Shown here: positions 14,162 through 27,272 of the stretch, piece by piece
Layout of the letters: every line of letters starts with the position of its first letter
How positions within the stretch are numbered: position 1 is the stretch's first letter
DNA from: Laetmonice hystrix
Lineage: Eukaryota
Length of the DNA: 64,000 bases
Assembly (NCBI GenBank): GCA_965235115.1
Contig: OZ249437.1
Span: forward strand, 10,602,001-10,666,000
Direction of reading: 5' to 3'
Notes under the pieces: model-generated
What the model was told of the DNA's origin: nothing
Seen by the model: only the letters and a program-made list of their open reading frames with translations
The model's database searches: none
Position numbers and translations under genes: made by a program

Positions 14162-15462
14162 GGGGGGGGGGGTCCTGGGGTGTACCGACCGCGGGGGCGG
14201 CCACTCGGAGAACCGTACATCGTCCAAACGTCAGGGCCGAGAGGACAATGAATCCCCGATCTAAGATATATGTTGATATGTCACTGATCTCATAATGGTC
14301 ACAGGAATAACAACACGATATGACGCTTATATATCAGGACGAATCGTCTGGGAAACTGTCTGGTTTTCTTCTGTATCCAGGGGCAAAAGTCTCTAGTCAT
14401 AACTGGGGAACTAGTTGAGGGAATCCGGGGTTCATGGGGACACTATGCATGTCTGGATCATGGCATGTTCAGAATGGCAGTCACAGTACTAGACGGCACC
14501 CTTTCTCAATCACCCCCGGGGGGGTGGGGGTTAGCTAACCTCGGGATCCACACCCCGACCCCCTGCTGACACAGCTCAGGTCTGTCCCTCACAGCCCTCA
14601 CCCCGAGGAGTTTACTGTACACTCATTGTTTGAAACGAGCGAGCGACCAACAGCCAATCCGAACAAAAACCATCCAAGGCAATTTTACCTCCCGACTTGT
14701 GATTGCCCTCCAGCTCTTCGTTATGTTAGCCGCCACTCGGATATATAGTCAAACATAGAAGAATCTGTTGGTCAGCCCTGCTTGCTTACATACTGGTGCT
14801 CGTGTTTGTACCCCACGGACAGGACCCACGCGTATGTTGGCGACTGGTATTGAGGGGCAGGGGGGGGGGGGGTGGTGAGTTATAATCCTAGGGTTCACTA
14901 GATGACTATCGGGCATATACAACTACCTCCTGCATAGGATGTATCGTGTCAAATACTTGCTAATTGAGACAATAATTATAATATCAGTTTTAACATATCA
15001 ATTCATACAGGCCCGAAATGATTAACTTTTTTGAGTACGTGCCAAGTTATGAACAAACTAGATGTCTATTGGCCCGCAGGCTTGAAATAAATCCGTGCGG
15101 CATCCCTGCGTGATGGCCTTGAAGAAATTCTCGGAAAAGACACATTTTAAAAATCTGGGGTGAGTTTGGGGGGCACGTCAGGATGCTCTGTGACCGATGT
15201 GACCGACAGATGTGACCGATCGATTTGAGAAATCCGGATTAACATCGGAGGACATGCACAACATGGCGGTCGGGGCAGATATCGAGCCGGCTGGGGGTGG
15301 GGGTGAACTGGGGGAAGGGTAGGATCGGGGTGAGGGAGGGGATGTAAGGGGGGGTTGGGACCGGGGGAGGTAGGGTGGCAGGGCATTCAGTTTGCTCCCT
15401 ATCTGTCTGAAACGTCTGCCTCGTCTGGGCCACCTGCATCATCCGTGCGGTGAAAACCCCAT

Positions 15463-15526
15463 GGCCTGCAACCTGAACGTCCGGCCTGCAACCTGAACGT
15501 CCTGCCTGCAACCTGAACGTCTGGCC
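15463..15526. repeat. 20-bp tandem repeat (ggcctgcaacctgaacgtcc), 3 copies
   Basis: Copies at 15463, 15483 and 15503. Confidence 0.9.
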
Positions 15527-16351
15527 AAATCAATGGTCAGATCTGACCATGCATTACAACCCCCTCCCCCCTCCTCCTCATCTCCCATCCTCCCCTCTCC
15601 ATCCTCCTTCACATACCGTCACGGTGTTTCTCACACCACAGCCCCCCCCCCCCCCAGAAACACAGGACCACGAACCCGAAACCCCCCGACCCCCCCCCCC
15701 CCCCCGACTGAAGGAGGATTTCTGCCTCTCCATTAGACTATTCGACCTCTCGGCATCCAAGACATAGCGTGCCTTTTAATCGTGGCTCTGATCCGGTCTC
15801 GGATGTCGACTAGTGTTTGTTTGAAGGTAATGTGGATCCGCCGGTCTTGCGATGGACATCTGTACATGAAAGGTAATGGTGTCGCACTTCATATTCGGGT
15901 CAAGCTGACCCTTGTACTCCAGGCGGCCGTACCAGATCAGTCAGATAAAGGGACACCTCTGGGTACAGACTTGATATGGTTATGATGTGACGATGAGGGT
16001 GTAATGAACATGAAAACGAAATGAATGCAATATATTGGGAGCAGAAGGAATGTATAATGGAATGAAGCTTGTTTTTTTGGTATTAATAGTAGTAATTTCT
16101 AGTATTATGCATTATAAGTTGACATTTTGAAAGCATGTTACAAAGGCAAATAACCGGACCACGCTACGGGTCTATCCAATAAATCTTTAACAGTGCAAAC
16201 GACAGTTGTGATGATGACTTCATGTAATCTTAAACTTGTACAAGACTCAAAATCATAATCTTAAATGACTATTAAACAGTTATAATAAACAGTAGGCGAT
16301 ACAAGGGTTACTAAAATGGAAGGAAGCTTGGGTTAGGTATACACCAATGCA

Positions 16352-16374
16352 ACCGTACCCCCTGCAGCACTGGA
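16352..16374 (-). promoter_or_regulatory. Putative downstream docking element B (intron 5)
   Basis: RNA UCCAGUGCUGCAGGGGGUACGGU is complementary to element A. Pairing would loop out exon 5b. Confidence 0.6.
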
Positions 16375-16915
16375 GGAGGACACAACACAGGAATAACACA
16401 GGAGGAAAGTCCCATTGTACCAACACAGCACCAGCCAACAATATACCAGCCATCGCCGCAGTGTACACGTATATATAGGCGCCAGTATAGAGAAAGATGA
16501 ATTAATGCATAAATACATTGAAGCTTGAAGCACAACATAATGTCTGGAGAATAATGTATGGGGGAAAAATATAAAACATTTGATACTAATTGGGTATAGC
16601 GGTTGGAATACCATACGACGCAGCACGATTTAAAAATATCCAAACGTCCGAAGTTAAATAACGGACGTTTTTGGCCTAAGGCTGTGGCCTTTTGGTTTTT
16701 CTCTCTCCATTTTCCTCCTATATGCTTTTCGTTTTCAAAACAGTTGGGTGAGGAGATATGTTGTTGCGTGTAGGGCGTATTATACTTGCAGCCGGAGAGC
16801 GCATGAGGCCAGGTACCGAGCATCCGGTATATATAGCGACCACATTATATACTGCACACAGACTACTGCATGCACGGCAAAATATACGTATGCCTATTAT
16901 CGCCTCCCTACTTAC

Positions 16916-17034
16916 CTTCGACTAAAGCAGTATACAGTGTACAAGTGACTGCTTTGCGCCGTCCGGCAGGCAAATTTAAACCTATTTTCTCTAACCGTTC
17001 TCTCAGAGCTCGGCCACCGTTTTTCGATTTGGCC
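16916..17034 (-). CDS. TFAP2: AP-2 exon 5b (119 nt; divergent duplicate, putative mutually exclusive exon)
   Basis: Acceptor ctttctctaattgcag|G GCC AAA and donor GTC GAA G|gtaagt. Encodes (R)[39 protein letters not shown](G). Phase 2 in and phase 1 out fit exons 4 and 6. Confidence 0.88.
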
Positions 17035-17065
17035 CTGCAATTAGAGAAAGCCGGCAGATTGTATA

Positions 17066-17078
17066 CACGAGACATTTT
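17066..17078 (-). promoter_or_regulatory. Putative selector D, 32-44 nt upstream of the exon 5b acceptor
   Basis: RNA AAAAUGUCUCGUG is complementary to element C. Confidence 0.5.
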
Positions 17079-17231
17079 GTTGGCTAGTGCTGCGTTGGTT
17101 GCGACTGCTCCATGCTGTCCCGGGGGTGTTCTGAGGCAGGGCGCCTGCATCGTGGAGGAGGAGGAGGAACGCAGGAGGGGGGAGGGGCAGGGACATGTTG
17201 TTGGCATTCTGTTCAGGAGCAACAGAGGCAT

Positions 17232-17259
17232 TCCAGGTGCTGCACTCAGGGGGTAAGGT
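17232..17259 (-). promoter_or_regulatory. Putative splicing selector A (intron between 5a and 5b), complementary to 16352-16374
   Basis: RNA ACCUUACCCCCUGAGUGCAGCACCUGGA can form 22 bp with the RNA of 16374-16352 (3 bp, one mismatch, 9 bp, 4-nt bulge, 6 bp, 1-nt bulge, 4 bp). Confidence 0.6.
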
Positions 17260-17279
17260 AATTTTTTTAGGGTCTTTCA

Positions 17280-17432
<153 letters not shown>

Positions 17433-17504
17433 TTATGACGGGTGGGTACAAGACAAGGGCAATAAATGTTACAGGTGTACGTCAAAACGTCAAGTGCACA
17501 ATGA

Positions 17505-17529
17505 CGTCACGTCACGTCACGTCACGTCA
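17505..17529. repeat. (ACGTC)5 pentamer repeat upstream of the exon 5a acceptor
   Basis: atgacgtcacgtcacgtcacgtcacgtcaa, with two further acgtcaa copies just before it. Confidence 0.85.
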
Positions 17530-17547
17530 AAGACATACAAGTAAGCT

Positions 17548-17560
17548 AAAATGTCCCGTG
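17548..17560 (-). promoter_or_regulatory. Putative upstream docking element C (intron 4)
   Basis: RNA CACGGGACAUUUU forms 13 contiguous pairs (one G-U) with AAAAUGUCUCGUG at 17078-17066. Pairing would loop out exon 5a. Confidence 0.5.
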
Positions 17561-20500
17561 GAGGCATACGTCAAACTGATATAAAAATAACAATAACATA
17601 TGGAATGATTGAATATTTTCATATACATAATGACAATCTATTATAAGCAAATGTAAAGATATATGTAAAGTTATACACATTACACATCAGTATATAGAAA
17701 CAACATTTAATGGTAGGCCCCTACTATCATATATAGTAATTATGAAAAGGTTCTATTGAACATTAGGTCATAGACGCCAAGAGACCACCGTAACAACAAA
17801 CTATTCATATAAAAATAATCATAATTTAGTAGATTCAGTCGTGCAGAGACGTATACGCAGACCCAATTGTCTAGACAATTAATACATAGCATGATAATAG
17901 TACGGTGGTTTTGGTAGCAGTAATTATTGCGCTACATATCCACAGTCTGGATCCAATCCCTCTGAGAAACCCGATATTAGATCAGGCATACTGCTCTTGG
18001 CTCGACTCGGGGTTTTATGAATACAGACAAATCCATCTTTGCCTGTCGCTCACATTCGGCCGGGAGCGGGGGTTTCTGCCCGTATCACCGACAGGCAGAC
18101 AAAGTACAAATCAGTCATTGTCCGAGAAACTGGCATCATCCAGATAAACCTTCGGACACCTGCATCCTCTGGGCCCCCAGCTCATCATTGGCGATAAAAC
18201 CTTACATGAATACTAATGAAGGGGCAATGTTTGGACGACTAGTGTGACGTGGGTGTTTGTAGTTCAATGTTAGAAATACAATACTAAACCTATAATACGC
18301 AACAATACAAATGGCTTGAAATACGTTTTCTGACTTCGCAAGTGTTGGTGATCAAGTAGCTAGGCCTAGGCCTATACTAGAAAGAGAGTTGGCACTAACG
18401 CGATTGTTAGGACCCCCTACTACTGAGCGATAATAGGGAAAGGGTCCTATATTTCAGGGAGGGTTTATTATCTTCAGTCGGGGCTGATTGGAATGGCACT
18501 TGACGGCCACTACTGGTCTCTCGTCAGAGCTGGCAAACTCCTCGTTGGGTTTCCAATACCTTCTCCCGACACTATTGGGTGGTGTCGGGCCTCAGAAACA
18601 TCGACGCTCAAGTACGTTACACGACGTACAATACAGATTAACACTTTGCCTTTAATGAGGTCCAAGAGGCGCGAGTTTTGTTCTGGACGCGTTGACAAAC
18701 ACTAGGGGAAGGCGCGCCGGGCTCCGAGTGGCACTATTGAACGTTCGGTAACAAGTCCAACAGAGCAGGCGAGGACTCTTGATATTTAATTGCGAAGTGA
18801 GAGGGGGCAGAAGGACTGAAGTCGCAAACCGGCCCAGTGGCTGGGCGAGTGCCGGAGTGCTCATTATCCGGCTGTCGGATCTGAATCCGGCTGACGAACT
18901 TCACCACAATGACATCTCCCAACGAGCATGCGCACTACTCTTGTCCGAGACTCCACCCCACTGAGAAGGTCACCTCGTTATGGGATTATCATCAACGGAT
19001 TATCGACTGGGATATATTCTGTTATCGATTTATAAGTGCATCCTGCAACATGACAGAAATGTACTTATAGCCTACATTAGAGAGTTGGTTCCTGCATGAC
19101 TCGTTACTATAATAATGGCACAACTCATGGAAGGAGGGGGGGGGGGGTTAAGGCCGAGTAACATAGTACATTAACACCTTTGATGGGGGAAGTTGTATAA
19201 AATGTATGAGTCTTAGATTGTAACTTTGTTACAGGTGCACATCATCACCAACCCTTACTTGAATACTTCCCCGGGCCCAGATTAATCCCATTGCAGTTAT
19301 TTTCGCACCATAAGATTTACTATACCGCTAGAGACAGCTGGCCCCTTCACCAGCTGTGTCCATGTGCTAAGTACGGGTCACGGCTCCATTTGATTTTGAA
19401 TTTATGACCGTTAAGATGAGCATTATTATGTAATTATTATCCGACCCGGTCAGTTCGTAAGACCAGGGTTTTTTTCATCTTCTAGCGGGGTATTATAGAG
19501 ATGCACAGCGGCAGAATGAAGCGACTACAATCGACTTCCTGATCTGGGCCCGGTGGAATGACATAAGATGCACATATCATTTCTCGAGTGGCGGAGGTAA
19601 AGCAATCGGCTTTACAATAGGTATCTCGGAGAGGTGGTTCGTCGGCAGACGGAATCGGGTCTAGAGTTTCCATCTTACTCCCATGCAATGTCAAAGGGTC
19701 AAAGAGACTGCTCCTCCCCTAACAATGGGACTGGACCTTCATGACAAACTGACCGCTCCTTTCCACGTGACCGATCAAAAACTCTTCAGAAGCCGTTTCC
19801 TTGGCTTTTACGACATGCCGCTGACCCCCCCCCCCCCCCCTGCAATTCCCACAGAGCGACCCCTAGCGGAGCCAATCGACAGGTTCAGGCGTCGCATCTC
19901 CATCGCGGATCCATAATGAAGTGACTCATAAGGCACCTTTGTGGTGGACAAGGCAATATTTCCATGCACACACCGAAAACAACGTGGCAAAGGAAAGTGC
20001 AAACAGGACGGCCGGGTTTGAGCCGCCCGACGCCCCGACCCGCACCGGTCGGACCTTGTGTGATATATGCCCTAAAAGCCCCTTTTATTCAATTGCACGA
20101 CCCCCATAAATGTGATTATTCTATGGAAAGGCCCAATTAAGCCGAATTTCTGTAATTCCGCACTGGCCGCTTAACCTCTGCAGGGACTCTGTCGCTGTGG
20201 GCGCAGGGACCGTTTGAAATGGATACTCGCAGCATTCAACGGCATGAAAGCTTTTTTCCCCCATAATCCACTTGAGCTGGGGCTAGTTCAGCGCTGGCAT
20301 CAATGGGTTGGCTGGGCCAAGGTCTGCAAGTGTTAGGCCCAGCCACAGCAGTTGTTAGATGGAAGGGATTGGGGGGGGGGGGGTCTAATGTAGTACCACC
20401 TCCCCACTCGACGCACTGAGCGTAAACTAAGGGATTAAGACAGCTGAACAATGACCAACACGACTGGTTGCCAATAGCGATCTTTGCCAATATCTCACAG

Positions 20501-23500
20501 GGAAGAGATCTACTCTTGTCACTGTCACCCCAAACGACTCCGAACGCTATGTCTGAACTTTGTCCGTAATGCGCATGCTCACGCGCATGCTCATGATGAT
20601 GAATTGCCGGGCGAGTCGTACACCTGACATTTTGCTACTCCGGCTCACGGAAATGTATCACAGGAGGCGGAAAAGGTGAATCGATAAGACGTGAGCACGA
20701 AACGGAGTTTGTCTTTGCAATCATCTCGACAAGGTCCACAAAGGAAGAGGTGACCTGTGGAGAGCTATCTTGGATCTGATTTCTGCCATCGATGCCACAT
20801 ACTTCATTTATCTTCGTCAGAGTCGGACGACAAGTAAACGTCAAACCGTCTCCGAGTTGACTTTTTATCGCTTGCCTTTCAGTGTGGACATTACCACTCT
20901 CCACTCTCAGTCGCCGCCGCCGAGGTGTAATTTGTCCACCGCCTTTCTACACAAACCTTCCTATGGAAAAGTCGTTTGATTTCCATTTGAATGCGACATT
21001 ATATACTCCGACAAAAGACTGGCACTCTATATCAGCAATAACCGGTCAGTGGTAGGACCAGTCGAGCGGAGCCTGAAGTACCAGTTGTCATTCAGGGAAC
21101 CTAATAATGGTCCTGACCGTGCGGAAGGACATCGACTTAAGTCGACCGACCAACTTGATTATGATCGACTCTATACAAATACAAGCCGCCGTCGATATTG
21201 TTGCAAATCGTGGTGTAAGTAAAAGGTTCGTGTTGCAGAAAACCAACACGGCCTGACTGGAATGTCATCTAATGAACAGTTTTAAGAGGTCAGCTCGAAC
21301 CTGAGATTGGCCATGCGGTCAGTCACCTTTTAAAAACTGATTTGTCAAGTTATCTGGACTACATGACACACTCTGAGATTTGAACCCTATAATAATAGGT
21401 GGCTTGATTGGGACTGAACATATATCTTGTAGTTAGATGAAGCGCAGTTCACGTGCGTGCACGTTCAAAATTACACTTCTTGAAACCCGTTTTCACTTTC
21501 CCACACATTCACACATTTCACAGACAAATGAACACATGTTCCTATTTAGCAGCCGTGGTGGAATGTGTGTGCCCGTCTCTCACGAAGGCGGTGGTACGAA
21601 GCGGACATAGATCATCGCGACCCACCGGGGTCCACCGTCCTGCCGGCCGGGGACGCCATCCAGCGCCGCTTGACCACTTGTCCCGGCAGGGTCCTTATCA
21701 AGAGACGCCGGCGGGTGGCGCACAGAGAGAGGTGGAGGGGGGCTGGGGGTGGGGGGTTGGCAGCGAGCGGCTTTCCATGGGAATGTTTGGTGGGAGGGGG
21801 GTGGCAGGACCTCACTTATCACTCGACCTGGTCGCCACGTCGTCCTTCTCAAGGCACATGATTAATCGTAGACAGATAAGGCAAATTATCCTTAGATTTG
21901 TTTATGTGACCAAGCCAACAACTAAACCCGTCCAGCGACACGGGGGCTGCTCCAAACACCCACTACCGTTTTGCTATTGGTCATCATCACACCAGTAGGG
22001 GTCACTAAGGGCAGCTAAGAGAGATAGCCAGAACGCCTTGGAACGCCAGAGTCCTCTCCTGACGTTATTGTCCTTTGGTGACAGAGAAAACAGCAGGCAG
22101 ACCAGCACGGGGTTGACAGTACCCCGGTGTAGTAGAGTGACGTACGGGGCCAATCTAATGTTTTACTCGCTGCATGGTACCACACACACCCCTTGTTGCA
22201 CTGATTCAAGGGATAAAATGGCCTCCTGTCGGGTTTCACCCCTTTGCCGTTTTTGGTCAAGGATAGCCTGCACAACATAACTGGGAGGGGTAGGTTGCCT
22301 AGGGTCTGTGGAACCTGTGACAGATCCTGTGAGTGACGGCAGTCGTACACAGTCGAGCATTGCTGCCACATGTCATCAGGTCGCTAACCAGCCACAACCC
22401 CACACACCCTCACCCAACCACAGTTCGGACAGCAAGGCCTGGTTCTCTACTCTTGGCATCGCACGCACGCATGACATCAACTCAACCTGTGCAGTCTGTC
22501 AACATCCACTGACACGTAACAACACGACACCGTACTCTATAGGATAGAAGAAATCTCGGCATCTGTCACTCCGAATTCCTCTTTTACAGGAAGGGTGTTC
22601 CAACCAAAGGATGAACATCGAACGAACCCGTCTATTTCTGCCGTAACGAAGTCCTTGTCTACGGCACAGACTGATGCTCACCGTAGAGGTGTATAGATCT
22701 ACAGGATTGAGCTTCAGAGCCGAATTCCAAGCTTTAAGCAATCAAGTAGAAAGGCTAAGCGTGTTTGGCTTTGAATCAAAGACCAAGGTCTCTGATGGCA
22801 TCGTTCAAGGGAGGCAACTCGGCCCAAAATCAAAGGGGCATTACCGTGTTGAGCAAGCACGTCTGCTGCCGAGCGAAAATTATGACTAATGACACAGTGT
22901 CAGTCTGTGTAAGTCAATACTCACATGGACACCAAATGTATAACGAGGAGAACCCGCTCAAAGAACAACTCCATGACGTACCACCTGCTACCGCACGTTA
23001 CGCGAAACGTCACTCAAGACGCAGACGACATTCGGGGAAGCTTCACTGACTTGCCGAACTGTGAACATGCACGTTTACCAGCTCATCGGATCACATGTGG
23101 GCACACCGATTTACTTTTCATAAACGACAAACATTATTTCCATATGCTGGGACGACGATGTGTTGAGTCACAGATAATTTAAGGGGATGAACCGGAAACT
23201 TATAATCATATTAAAGCCTTCAAGCAGGGCGATAGTTCTACCGACTACGGCAGACTTCCACTATAGGAGACCCAAGACTAACGGCTCCAAACCAGTAGGC
23301 GAAGTTCTACTAATGACATTGCGTTAAGTAGACTGCAACATTTCAATCACGTAGACATGGTAACTGCTATGTGACCACTCGTCCCACATCAGGGCGACCA
23401 AACTTCCAAAAGGCTAAAAAGTTTGAATGAATGCACCGAATGAATGAATTCCATATGAGCCATTGTGGCTTGTTAGGTAAAGAAAGCTTCGCCTCGGCCA

Positions 23501-26157
23501 ATTCTTAAATACAGTGTCATTTAAGAAGTTGTGGTGTGGAGCGGAGTTAGCTCGTCCCTTGTTGGTCGACGGTGGAGACGCAGGCCACGGGTGGCACGGT
23601 AGCTGTAGATTACCATGCATCCTACGTTCTCACGCTGACTGTTCCTAATTAATAAATTGCTGCGACGTGCTCGTGCAAACAAACTAGTCGAAGTCCTTTA
23701 GATGGCCTACAACACTAAGCGGCGACCCGTCACACCCGAGTCTAAATTCAAACATCCTAATTACGCCAGGACCGTTAATTGGCAGTTTCCAAGTTTCTCC
23801 CTTTGCCTTATTGGTGAATCGGGCTCCGACGCTCTCGAGAATGGCAATGTCTCTCGTGGCTCGCGCGATTTTGCAGGCCAATCACCTTTGTTCGCCCCTT
23901 GCCTCCTTTACATCGACATTTCTCGGCAGTCTTTTCGTCTGAAAGGCTGTCTTCGTTATAGCGACTTGTTCCTTTTCAAGGCCCTTCCCTGCTCCATTCG
24001 GAAAACGGGGCAGTGAAGTGACTCCCAATACTATATTTATTACCAGAAAGGGAGAACCCGGCATGACTCCGAACTGAATATGATTATTTCAGAGTCGATG
24101 ACGTCATGACGTACTGAACGTTATAGCCGCCTTGTGACGTCCTGCGTGACGTAGCCATGTCGTGTTGCATAGAAAAGTCTGAGCCCATTCCAAACATGTG
24201 TTCATATAACATGTGTGTTGACAGACGGCCACGTTTTAAATGTATGTGTAAGGTGCCTAGAGTTCTGATCGTCCTAGCCTGGGGGTTATAGATGTTGTGG
24301 CAGCACAGAGGTAGGGGGCTCGATTAGCCAGATACTTGGGTCTTGTTCAGTGTATATAGACGACATCGTGCGTGGGTCACCACACGACAACATGCCCCTG
24401 AGGCAGGACTTTCTCTTCCCAAAAGGGGCGAAATAAAGCTGTCGGTTTTAATAACAAGTGGCTGTACGGAGGCTCCTTGGTGTGCCCCTACAAGGGTGGT
24501 ATCTCATGCTGTGAGACAGACGTGGAATTCTACCATGCATGTCACTTTAATAGAGATTCTATTTGTTAGTTAGACACCCTTGAAAAGTGAAATTGAAGCC
24601 CCTCTTCACGTGTTGAAAACATAAAGTTCAGTGATGATGTCTCTAGTATGAAGAGTGTGAATGATATAATAAAATGTCAAAGATTCTGCTGCATTCGTCT
24701 TCCACATGGAAATATTAGGGGCAGTCATCTGTTGTATCTTACTTGGATACTAGGGAGGTGCCGATTTCAATATAACTCACAGGATGGAGCCAGGAAAACA
24801 CCTGTGCTTTTTTCCACAGGAGGCAAGGCAGTTTTGTTTACCAGCCCAATGCTAGTATTACGTGGATCTCGTATACACCCCCAGTTTTCAATTTGGCACC
24901 GGGAATGTATTCAGTATACCGAACAAAAATGTCTTGGCAGTCTTGGTATGGCTGTGCCCCGCGTGCTGGTGTATGTGTTGTGTATGTGCCCCAGCTGAAG
25001 GTGGTAAGTGGGGGAGGGGGTTGGTAAGGGGGAGGGGGCCCCAGACGGTCATACGATGGTTGTTCAGATCATCAAAGAACGAAGTAAGAAAAACATGTTC
25101 GCAAAATAACAGTTTAACGCTGTCGCCGCGGGGATGCTTGTTTCCTTCACGTGCTCCACCCAGACTTGCATGTTCTCCTTCGGCTTTGCGAACTCTGGCA
25201 TAACGTGCTGGTATTATACATGAAACAGAGCCATATGTTGTCGATTTTTGGTCTCCAATCACGACCACACGACGATGGCAGCGTAGGATTGAGAGATAAT
25301 CACACTTTTTTCAAAGGACATGCCTTCGAAACTTTTTTAAGTGGGGAATATCTTTTTTCAAAGCCGCCCCGCCCCTTTAGCAAGTAATGTAAGTCGCATG
25401 CTTCTTCCTGCCGCGGAAGTCTCTGGATATAGTCCCTGTCAAATTTAGAAAATACGGTCCTTGTACATATAGGCCTATATGTCAAAAAGGACATAGAATT
25501 TAAGTTGTCTGGAGTTTATCATGCCATTCCATCAAACAAGTAGATCTAAGGGATGGATGAACCTGCCTGACAGGCAAAAGTTCTGGTCCTATAACTGACA
25601 GACAGAACATTTCCTGCAGTTTGCCCGTTTTTGCTATGATCAGAATGTGCACTAAAGGTTCGGTTAAGTGGGCAGGGGGCGGCCTTATACTGCCTGACCC
25701 GCCGGAATGTCAGAAAACGGAGCGGGTTTGGCACCGCGCTGTATAAGTCTGTGAGGTTCACTGGTGGAATGAGATCCCTAAGTAAAAACGGCTGCCAACG
25801 TCAACAATAAGGAACGGTTAGCGCCGGTACGTCACGTCCGTCATGCAGGAACCGGCCACCAGAGGGCCACTCATTCAGTTAACCAATCAGAGACCGAGAT
25901 AGTCGGTCCGTCATTCAGCTCATCGAGGCCAGGCATGAGATGGCCTGTCGACGACCTTACCATGTATACCCACACTTTGGTCCATCAGGGACAGAGGTAG
26001 TTCCAGCCAGGACCGTGGCCAGTCTCAGACGTCAGTACAGACATGTCGGAGGGTGTGCCGCTAGTTACGACCTGAGATTGAGCCCATAACTCAGTTACAA
26101 CCAGAGTAGAATACCGCAGCCACACGACCGTAGGCCTATAACTCAGATACTGTATGA

Positions 26158-26209
26158 GAGGAGGAGGAGGAGGAGGAGGAGGAGGAGGAGGAGGAGGTGG
26201 AGGAGGAGG
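26158..26209. repeat. (GAG)n trinucleotide repeat
   Basis: Direct reading. It gives the poly-P/poly-S tracts in spurious ORFs. Confidence 0.92.
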
Positions 26210-27125
26210 TCGTCCGGTTCGTCCTACACAAGGCCCGGACCTCAGCCTGTAGGAGGAGGGGAGGGTCTGCCGTGTAAATGTCGACCATGTGCCCGGGGAG
26301 GGGAGGTCTGGGTGCCGCCACACGGTCGGTCGGCCGGCCGGTCAGAGCCAGGGTCGACAGGGTACACAACACGAGCACTCAACAGACGCCTGCCCTTTTG
26401 AGCACTTCTCAAAGTTCCAAATCTTTCCGAAGTTAAGCGTCTCTCCTTGTGTGTTCTCAACGTAAAACGGGATGAAGGAAATCGTGAACGAAAAGGGCAA
26501 GGAGTTCAGAACTGATGAACTGCAAAACTAGAATATGTTCATGCTGTGTTGATCAGCCAAAAAAAATTATTCTATATACTAACATACTACGTACACTTTA
26601 AAGTGCATTGTCTAAAGTCCTTTTTTCTGCTTTATAGCAAGTTCAAAGATGCTGTTTCGCGATCTACATATGTAGAGACATATTTCATTTGAGAAAATAG
26701 GGATGGAAATTCCGCCAGGCCAATGAAAATATGGTCTAAAAATGCACTTAAAAACCTCTCCTGAATTTGATATTAGGAAATGGGTATCGCCACCTTCCTC
26801 TCGTGCCCTGGGGCGCCGTCCCCACTCTGGGGTCTGTTTAGCCGATCCCAGAGACAACATTCGCACATGGCAATGAAACACATCAAAGGCACCGACGACT
26901 GAAGCTATGGAATTTCAGTCAAACTAGGCCAAAGATGCGCCAAGGCAGCCAAGCTCGCCAAACAAGTCCTAATTTTTCTCATGAAGACAATACATTTTAC
27001 ACATGATCGCTTACGTATGTATGAATACGTGGACACTGTTTTAACGTCTCAGGATTAAATTCATTTCCGTACATCTATGTAAGAAGGTTAATATCTTCGC
27101 AATGTCTCAGGGATTTACTGTGAAT

Positions 27126-27129
<4 letters not shown>

Positions 27130-27179
<50 letters not shown>

Positions 27180-27272
27180 CACAGAGAGACAGAGAGGCAC
27201 AGAGAGACACACAGAGAGACACATAGAGACACATAGAGAGCAGAGAGAGACACATAGAGAGAGAGACAGAGA
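27130..27272. repeat. (GA)n microsatellite with a degenerate GA/CA extension
   Basis: Direct reading. Confidence 0.9.

Noticed and set aside
16908-17231. 107-aa ORF as a stand-alone mini AP-2 protein
   Set aside because: Only the last 40 or so codons are AP-2-like and they are bounded by splice sites (exon 5b). The N-terminal part is low-complexity intron sequence.
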